From Pirellula staleyi DSM 6068 (GTDB taxonomy: Bacteria > Planctomycetota > Planctomycetia > Pirellulales > Pirellulaceae): a stretch of DNA of 32,000 bases. The notes below the pieces were generated by a model that was given only the letters and a program-made list of their open reading frames with translations, was not told the origin of the DNA and did no database searches. Below are positions 26,094-32,000 of this stretch, one piece after another; position 1 is the first letter of the stretch; the number at the start of each line of letters is the position of its first letter. The translations under genes were made by a program, and so were the position numbers. The stretch is taken from assembly GCA_000025185.1 (NCBI GenBank), contig CP001848.1:5790001-5822000 (forward strand), read 5' to 3'.

Positions 26094-26139
26094 TCTCGTC
26101 GCTCCAAGTGTTACAGAAGACTCATCTACGGAAATTGCT

Positions 26140-29100
26140 CTACTCCGTGCTGGATCGGTTCCAAAAGTGCTCACAGAACCCCTGATTCTGTGTTTGGCTC
26201 AATAGGTCGAAGTACAGTTTCGTCGGGTCAAACCCAATCATTCCCTCGCGAACAATTCTGAGCAATACAAATGCAAGCTGGCAGAAATAGCTCACTTTGT
26301 GATCTTTGCTCCAACTCTTGCTGAATCGGCGGATCGACTCCCAAAGGCACCCCTCCGCTTCCTTCATCTCCCCACTTGCAATGTGCACCATAGATAGAGC
26401 ACAGAAATACTCAGCCGCGACCTCCAGCGAGTACGTTGCTAATAATGGGAAATGAACAAGCACTACTGACTTGGTACGCATGTCTTTTAGGCAATCAAGT
26501 CTCTCGTGTTGCCAAGCCAACCTGATTCGACGAGCTGCCGCCCGCACTCCGAGTGAGCCCTTTTTAAGCTGTCGTTCCAACTCTACCTGGAAGGACTTTG
26601 GTGACCATTGGCTATACTTCCACCAATCAGCGCGACATGCCAGCGTTCTCGGATCGTCAATTTCAACGGTTTTCTCCAGAATGTCGAGTGCGCGTCTAAG
26701 ATCAAAACGATTCTGACAGAAGATGTCGTCTAACTGGTGCTGTGAAACGGCGTCGGAAGAAGCACGAGCTTCCGCTACGTGCCGAAGAACCTCGGTAGCA
26801 GACTGGTGCAAGATTACAGCAGCTTCGGGCAAGAATGGTGCAAGGTCGGGGCTGTCCGCGATTTCCTGGATGGCCGTATCGCGGTTTTGACAACGCTTTA
26901 AACATTCAACAAGCTGAGGTTCCAGTTTGGGTAGATTCCTAAACGCTTCAACCTCAAAGAGGGCGGCGGGCAAACTCTGCAAGAGTTCCTCGGCAGATTT
27001 CTCGCCTTGATTCATCCGGAACATCAGATAATTATCAATGACATTTTTAGTGGCTCCAGACCAGTGAGCATTGTCGCCCGAAAACTTTGCCAATGTTTCG
27101 GTAGCGCTGGCATAGAGTCGTTCGGCTTCCTCCGGCTCGAGTGTTTCCAGCGCCTTCGCAAGTTTCGCGGCGGCTACAGCGTATTGCGGATGCAAGGTGT
27201 CGTAAACTTTCCGAGTCACTTCCAGTACCTCTCGTCGCAAGTCTAACGCCTCAGCACCTCGCTTCTGTTCCTCGATTGCGGATGCCAGAAGGCTCGTCAG
27301 CACACTTACTCGCTGGAGGTCGTCTGGAAAAAGCTTCAAAATGGTCTTTAGGCTTTCTCGTATTTGCTTCTCGGCTTCTGCAGGTCGTTTCAGATCAATG
27401 AGCTCTTGGCCGAGGCACATCAGAGTAACCGCAACTTCGTGGCTCTCACGGCCATGAGCTTGCTCCAAAGCGATCAGCGTTCGCTCCAAAATCGGCATCC
27501 AATTGCACTGCTTGGCGAGCCCACTTTCATCATCAACGCCCCAGTACTTCGCAAACTGGTAAATTTGCAATTGCTGTTCATGGGCTTGCGGCGAGTCAGC
27601 ACCAAACTTATCAGATTGAATGCTCCAGGCACGAAGGTATAGCTGCGCGGCGTCCCTGTTACGTGACGTGTCCCGAAGCAATTCGGCAAGACGCGACAAT
27701 GTCTCGGCTACTTCAGACGAGTTCGGTCCAAATTCCTGTTCACGGCGAGCTAACGCTTCTCGGAGAAGCGGTTCTGCTACCTTCATCTCACCAATAGCTG
27801 TGAGGTAGGTTCCATAAGAAGTGAGTAATCGTGAAAGTGGTCCAGGATTCGGAAACTTGGGAAGATGCGAAAGAACTGATTCGACATGTGGACGAAGTCT
27901 CCTGCATAGCGGCCACTCAGAAACGTATCTGGAATTCGCTGGAAACGATTTGGCAAGCATTCCAACTGCCAAGCGAAACGTTTCTGAAAGATGATCTGGC
28001 GAGTCGTGTTGGGCTCGCAAACGTGTGAATTCCTGAACCAAAGAATGAACGCTTATAGCTTTAGTCTCGTTTGCTTCAAAAGCAAACGAACATCTCTTGA
28101 GAGCCTTTAGCGCGACTCCGACATCGAGACCCGAAGATGCCAGGCAATCCAGGTTTTCAAGTTGAATGACGACCCGTCGATCAAGCTCAGTCGAGGCACA
28201 CCACGAAAGAACCTCCAAAAGTACCTTGGCACTATCAGCAAGTGTCTCCCAGCTTGTGTCCCAAGCAGTTGCAAGAGTTCGATGCCAGTCGTCACGAATG
28301 CCATGCATGCCCCAACCTCGAACCGACTGGTTGCGCTCACGGTAGAATCGCAGGCACTCGTCCAGAGGCTTGGCCTGACCGTCGATCCAATTTGCGACGA
28401 TTTTCAGTGCCAGCGGCAAGCCACCGAGGAGCCGACTGAATTCTGCCGCAGAGGCATCATCATCTTGCAACGACTTCGTTCGGCGCGGGGTGGCATCAAG
28501 TATAAATTGTGCTGTCTCCGACTCGCTCAAACCTCGCAATGCAATTGGCGTGGTAGGTGTGCTCCAGAAAGACTGGTCAAGACGAGAGGTAATCAGGAAA
28601 CGCCTATTTTCCCCGAATTTCCGAACGAACACACACACGGCGTCGCGAGATTGGATTGTGTCTGCACCGTCGATCACAAGCAACCAATTCGAGTTGTTTC
28701 GCAGCCATCTCTCTACAACTTCCTTCCTTCGCAATTCCGACGCCGAGGGATCGCAATCACATTCGCTAGAACTGATTTCGTTGCCGACAAAGGCCGCCAA
28801 TCCGGCTTGAATTGAGCTGTCAAGTGACACATTGACGTACAGAAGTTTGTCATAATCACACTTGTTGTCGCAACCAAATCGTCGAGCTACCGTGGATTTG
28901 CCGACACCTCCGATCCCGGTTAATACAACTGCCGCCGATTTCACAAAGTGATTGCTAATCTGCTCAAACACTTCTTTTTGAAGGACGAAGTGCTCCTCGC
29001 GAACCGTATCTAAAAACCAATCGCTCATCACAGTCGAGTCTTCCGACCTCAGAGCAACTGGTTCATAACCCAACTCCTCCAGGCGAAGCAAAATGCTCTT

Positions 29101-29814
29101 GAACGACACTGCCTTAAGTTGCAGCCTCTCGTCATATCGTGCTCGATGAAGGCCACACAGCGAATAATTCTTGCCTTCCTTGAGAAAAACTCCACCGCCA
29201 CTCATACCCGCTCTTGAACCAGTACCATCGAACGTCACTAGGCCGTTGGCGGTCTTCTCGACCTTCTGAAGGTTGTAACCTGGCTTCGGGCGGACGTTAT
29301 TGTCATTTCCATTGACATAGCCACTGAAGCCTTTGTGGCCTTCTGGATACCCAGAGATCACGCATTCGTTGCCTGCGGCCAATTCCTGATTAATCCAGTT
29401 TCCGGCGATCAACTTCTTATCTTGGCAGTTGCGCCACGCCCTATCGTCGAAACTCAAGAGTGCCCAGTCCGCATTTTCAACATCGGCGATCGGCTGATCG
29501 TAAAAGTGTGAACCGGCATAGGTGGTCAGCGGTTTCACCGCCGTTTCCAACTTGACTGGAATTCCCTTGATTGGGTCGTAACCATACCCGGCTGGCGCAA
29601 CCCAAATATTTTCGTGTTGGGGGCCAAGCTGCTGGGGGGTACTCCCCAAACGCCGAATTACATGGGCACATGTAAGAATGAATGTCTCTTCAGTGCCGGG
29701 CTGTCCCTTCTTTCTTAATCGGATACCAACCCCGGAACCTTGTCCAATCTCGCCTTTCGATGATGCTTGGATGTACCACACAGTACTGCTCGGGTAAGGA
29801 ATCATCTCGCTCAT
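26140..29814 (-). CDS. STAND NTPase (NB-ARC/AP-ATPase type) with N-terminal trypsin-like protease and C-terminal TPR repeats
   Basis: 1224 aa, with an ATG overlapping the upstream stop (ATGA at 29811-29814). Residues 1-250 (nt about 29065-29814) are the protease: H in LTCAHV, D in ADWALL, S in GMSGGGV. Residues about 275-560 (nt about 28135-28992) are the NB-ARC: Walker A GIGGVGKST, Walker B LLVIDGAD, RFLITSR, and the GLPL motif GGLPLAL. Residues about 640-900 are TPR-like repeats (e.g. AETLSRLAELLRDTSRNRDAAQLYLRAW). A helical tail follows. Confidence 0.9.
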   Translation of the reverse strand: MSEMIPYPSSTVWYIQASSKGEIGQGSGVGIRLRKKGQPGTEETFILTCAHVIRRLGSTPQQLGPQHENIWVAPAGYGYDPIKGIPVKLETAVKPLTTYAGSHFYDQPIADVENADWALLSFDDRAWRNCQDKKLIAGNWINQELAAGNECVISGYPEGHKGFSGYVNGNDNNVRPKPGYNLQKVEKTANGLVTFDGTGSRAGMSGGGVFLKEGKNYSLCGLHRARYDERLQLKAVSFKSILLRLEELGYEPVALRSEDSTVMSDWFLDTVREEHFVLQKEVFEQISNHFVKSAAVVLTGIGGVGKSTVARRFGCDNKCDYDKLLYVNVSLDSSIQAGLAAFVGNEISSSECDCDPSASELRRKEVVERWLRNNSNWLLVIDGADTIQSRDAVCVFVRKFGENRRFLITSRLDQSFWSTPTTPIALRGLSESETAQFILDATPRRTKSLQDDDASAAEFSRLLGGLPLALKIVANWIDGQAKPLDECLRFYRERNQSVRGWGMHGIRDDWHRTLATAWDTSWETLADSAKVLLEVLSWCASTELDRRVVIQLENLDCLASSGLDVGVALKALKRCSFAFEANETKAISVHSLVQEFTRLRAQHDSPDHLSETFRLAVGMLAKSFPANSRYVSEWPLCRRLRPHVESVLSHLPKFPNPGPLSRLLTSYGTYLTAIGEMKVAEPLLREALARREQEFGPNSSEVAETLSRLAELLRDTSRNRDAAQLYLRAWSIQSDKFGADSPQAHEQQLQIYQFAKYWGVDDESGLAKQCNWMPILERTLIALEQAHGRESHEVAVTLMCLGQELIDLKRPAEAEKQIRESLKTILKLFPDDLQRVSVLTSLLASAIEEQKRGAEALDLRREVLEVTRKVYDTLHPQYAVAAAKLAKALETLEPEEAERLYASATETLAKFSGDNAHWSGATKNVIDNYLMFRMNQGEKSAEELLQSLPAALFEVEAFRNLPKLEPQLVECLKRCQNRDTAIQEIADSPDLAPFLPEAAVILHQSATEVLRHVAEARASSDAVSQHQLDDIFCQNRFDLRRALDILEKTVEIDDPRTLACRADWWKYSQWSPKSFQVELERQLKKGSLGVRAAARRIRLAWQHERLDCLKDMRTKSVVLVHFPLLATYSLEVAAEYFCALSMVHIASGEMKEAEGCLWESIRRFSKSWSKDHKVSYFCQLAFVLLRIVREGMIGFDPTKLYFDLLSQTQNQGFCEHFWNRSSTE

Positions 29815-31940
29815 CCCAGTCCCTTTTCAAAATCAAGATGCTGGGCCCAATCTGGATGATCAACTAGCGGATTCCTATTTCCTTGCGCGGCAAAGATCGC
29901 TTGATTGCGGTGGCGTTCGTATTCACTGACTGGATGGTCCTGGTGCCATTGAAGGAGCGTCTCAAGTCGATCTGGAGTGTACTCAGAAGTCGACGAATTG
30001 ATTTCACCGGGGTAGCGGAGGAGAAAGTAGAGCGTTGCTCGGGCAACCGTTCCTTTTCCAGCGTTCGGTTCGAACTTGTTGGTCTCGCTCTTGCCGCAGT
30101 CAGAGCGGATGGCCTCGCCAAAGTTGGTGAAGTCGAAATAGGGGGTGTTGCTACGAAAACTGTTGCACTTGGATTCGCAAGCAAACAAATGATGCAAGTC
30201 TCCTCGCATCGGTTGTCGCTTGTTGAACCATGACTGCGGCACCACGTGTTCACAGTTGTAAGGAAGATCGGCTTCCAACGATTCCAAGAATGCTGCTTCC
30301 AAAACTGGGTTTGCGGCTGCTTCCGATCTTCGGAAGCGATTCATACGCTCACGACGGAGTCGAGCAACTTCGAGGTCACGAGCAATGAACTCAGTCGGCT
30401 CAAACATCTGGGTCGAGTAGATGCTGCGAATTTTATGATTCGGCTGCAGGTCCACCCACGGGTACAGATGAATCGCTGGTTTGTATCCCAGTACCTTTAT
30501 GTGCGTGTTACGCACGAGTTTGCTCAATGCATCAAATAGCTGCGAAGGGTTGAGAGTTGAAGAGATGCCGGAATAGTACGCTTTTCGTTCAGCGGCATCG
30601 GTGTTTTCGTCGTAATAGGGGCGACTGCGGGACTCTTCGAAGATCTTCCTCGCTGCTTCGAAGTCCGCATCTTCCGGTTCCTCGGATGAGCGACTGGCTG
30701 CAAGAGACGGCGTAGCTGGAGGAGGGCTGGATGTGACAACTGGCGTTGCGACGCTCGGCGCTCCCCCAGTAGGAGTTCCCAATGTGACTGACACGGTTAG
30801 CGGGATCGTCCAGGTAGCCGTTGATCCGGCGGCGGCGACCGGCGAAGTTGCAGGAACTACCGTGCTAGGAACACTGACCTGAACCGGGCGCTGTCCAGGG
30901 ACGGGCTCCGACTCTGGGTGAATCGGCTGTGGGTTCAACGCCACGTCTCGCAATGTCCCTTGCGTGGACGTCAGGCCTCCCAGTCCTGAAAGGTGCTCCC
31001 GGATTGCCACAACGCGAATCCCTTCGTTGGCGATCCAGTGAATTCGCTCGTCCCCCATCTCTTCTCGCCAAAGCAGGCCGTCAGTCGTCAGGAGGCGTCC
31101 AAGGTTGTCCCTCTCAGGAAAACCCGAGTGATGTAGAGCCACCACCTCCCATTGATCGTTGAAGACTGGAGCACCGGATGAGCCCGGAGTTGTGTCGGTC
31201 TCGTAGTACAAAAACCTGTCTTCGGTGTTGGGGAATCGCAATACGCGATTTTCTCGCAACGCAATCTGCTTCAGGTCTCCGCCTGGGTGTTGAATCACCG
31301 TGACGCTTTCACCAGCCAGGATTTCCCCTTCGCTAGCGGAAAGTGGATTGAACCCAAAAGTCGACAATTGAGTACTTGAGTCCCCTTCGGCGGCTTCAGA
31401 CACCGTGACAACCGTCAGGTCGAGTTCTTCTTCTGGACTCGTCGTAAAGAAAAGGTCGGGACGCAAACGAAATCGCGCGACGGGCAGTTCGCGGCCATCT
31501 AGCCCAAGTTGAAAATTGAACTCCACGACCGCGTTTCCGGCCCGGGCAGCGGAATCCAAGACATGACTGTTCGTCATGAAGAGGGACGGAGAGATCATCG
31601 AGCCTGTCCCGTAGCCCAACACGGATCCCGAGCTCGACCGAATGACCACTCGGGCTACAGCACGACCGGCCATTCTGCCCGCGTCGAGATACCGAACCGA
31701 CAGTAGTTCGTTTCTGCCGATGATGCGTTCAAGGCCAATTCGACGCGAGTCGAATTTCCCCTCCAGTGCTGGACCCGAGCCCGTCGCACTGCGGATGATG
31801 TCGGTAGAAAATCCCAGCCTTCGAAGTCGCCGTTCTATAGCGTCTGACGGATTACCTCTCAAAAGCTCGAACTGAGTTCGCGACTCAAGTCGTGCTCGGA
31901 ACGATTCATGGCGAATAGCAGGAGCGGCCTCTAGTGGCAC
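29811..31940 (-). CDS. Trypsin-like serine protease fused to Endonuclease I family nuclease (possibly 5'-truncated by the window)
   Basis: 709 aa from GTG 31940. The frame stays open to position 32000, so the true start may lie outside the window. Residues about 75-305 (nt about 31026-31718) are the protease: GTGSMISPSLFMTNSHVL, DLTVVTV, TPGSSGAPVF. The junction motif and a P/S/T linker follow, then Endonuclease I (nt about 29814-30668): NCEHVVPQSWF, GDLHHLF...NSFRSN. Confidence 0.85.
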   Translation of the reverse strand: MPLEAAPAIRHESFRARLESRTQFELLRGNPSDAIERRLRRLGFSTDIIRSATGSGPALEGKFDSRRIGLERIIGRNELLSVRYLDAGRMAGRAVARVVIRSSSGSVLGYGTGSMISPSLFMTNSHVLDSAARAGNAVVEFNFQLGLDGRELPVARFRLRPDLFFTTSPEEELDLTVVTVSEAAEGDSSTQLSTFGFNPLSASEGEILAGESVTVIQHPGGDLKQIALRENRVLRFPNTEDRFLYYETDTTPGSSGAPVFNDQWEVVALHHSGFPERDNLGRLLTTDGLLWREEMGDERIHWIANEGIRVVAIREHLSGLGGLTSTQGTLRDVALNPQPIHPESEPVPGQRPVQVSVPSTVVPATSPVAAAGSTATWTIPLTVSVTLGTPTGGAPSVATPVVTSSPPPATPSLAASRSSEEPEDADFEAARKIFEESRSRPYYDENTDAAERKAYYSGISSTLNPSQLFDALSKLVRNTHIKVLGYKPAIHLYPWVDLQPNHKIRSIYSTQMFEPTEFIARDLEVARLRRERMNRFRRSEAAANPVLEAAFLESLEADLPYNCEHVVPQSWFNKRQPMRGDLHHLFACESKCNSFRSNTPYFDFTNFGEAIRSDCGKSETNKFEPNAGKGTVARATLYFLLRYPGEINSSTSEYTPDRLETLLQWHQDHPVSEYERHRNQAIFAAQGNRNPLVDHPDWAQHLDFEKGLG
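29851..30822. repeat. 972-bp perfect direct repeat, copy 2
   Basis: It is identical to 19446-20417, and similarity falls off sharply on both flanks. Confidence 0.9.
30771..30821 (-). other. Junction motif instance TATWTIPLTVSVTLGTP (between the trypsin-like and Endonuclease I modules)
   Basis: Residues 374-390 of the 709-aa ORF. Confidence 0.8.
30771..31031. repeat. 261-bp diverged repeat, copy B, located directly after the trypsin-like domain
   Basis: It encodes ANEGIRVVAIREHLSGLGGLTSTQGTLRDVALNPQPIHPESEPVPGQRPVQVSVPSTVVPATSPVAAAGSTATWTIPLTVSVTLGTP. Its 3' end overlaps the 972-bp repeat. Confidence 0.85.
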
Positions 31941-32000
31941 CGTCGACTCTGTCCGAGTTGCCGACTCACCAAAAACTCGGCGAAAACGGTCAGCCGTGGC

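Noticed and set aside
14110-32000. Interpretation of the big cluster as a secreted polymorphic-toxin locus (CDI, Rhs, T6SS or T7SS cargo with orphan toxin cassettes).
   Set aside because: I saw no signal peptides and no PAAR, Rhs/YD, VENN, LXG or haemagglutinin-repeat regions. No small immunity-type ORFs follow the nuclease or lipase modules, and no secretion-system genes are present. The genes adjacent to the nucleases are STAND NTPases. The cassette-swapping logic is retained only as an analogy in the motif finding.
14110-32000. Possibility that the very large ORFs (1224-1466 aa) are NRPS/PKS or other biosynthetic megasynthases, given the adjacent P450.
   Set aside because: No adenylation, condensation, ketosynthase, acyltransferase or carrier-protein motifs were seen. 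Every recognisable motif is a hydrolase or a STAND NTPase motif.
1-32000. Search for CRISPR arrays, tRNA/rRNA genes, and integrase, transposase or terminal-inverted-repeat mobile elements.
   Set aside because: I saw no short regularly spaced direct repeats, no cloverleaf-like segments or T-loop consensus in the intergenic regions I read, and no recombinase- or transposase-like ORFs. The only repeats found are the gene-segment duplications reported above. A by-eye scan cannot exclude small ncRNAs.

Overview
No rRNA, tRNA, CRISPR array, integrase or transposase was recognised in this bacterial window, which falls into three parts. (1) Positions 1-11.9 kb form a defence-island-like mosaic. It holds a type I R-M pair (hsdR plus the first codons of hsdM) behind a small HTH gene, and a Cas4/RecB-like nuclease broken by one in-frame TAG. 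It also holds a WYL regulator translationally coupled to an agmatine-deiminase-family enzyme, an orphan Dam-like methyltransferase, and decayed fragments of two genes that are intact elsewhere in the window. (2) Positions 12.3-14.1 kb carry two lipid-modification genes, plsC-like and cfa-like. (3) Positions 14.1-32.0 kb are the most interesting part: seven tightly packed genes, all on the minus strand. Two are giant STAND NTPases, one NACHT-type and one NB-ARC+TPR, each fused to an N-terminal trypsin-like protease. They are interleaved with a trypsin-Endonuclease I fusion, a class-3 lipase, a 1466-aa trypsin/NUC-nuclease/subtilase polyprotein and a stand-alone Endonuclease I, and a cytochrome P450 closes the array. 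A 17-residue beta-strand-like motif (consensus ATWTIPLTVSVTLGxP) occurs five times, each time just upstream of a hydrolytic effector domain. A 972-bp perfect repeat and a 261-bp diverged repeat show that these modules are recombining. I read the cluster as a candidate protease-gated, multi-effector NLR-like conflict system and cannot match it to a described system from memory. All domain calls rest on motifs read by eye from the translations; no database search was possible.
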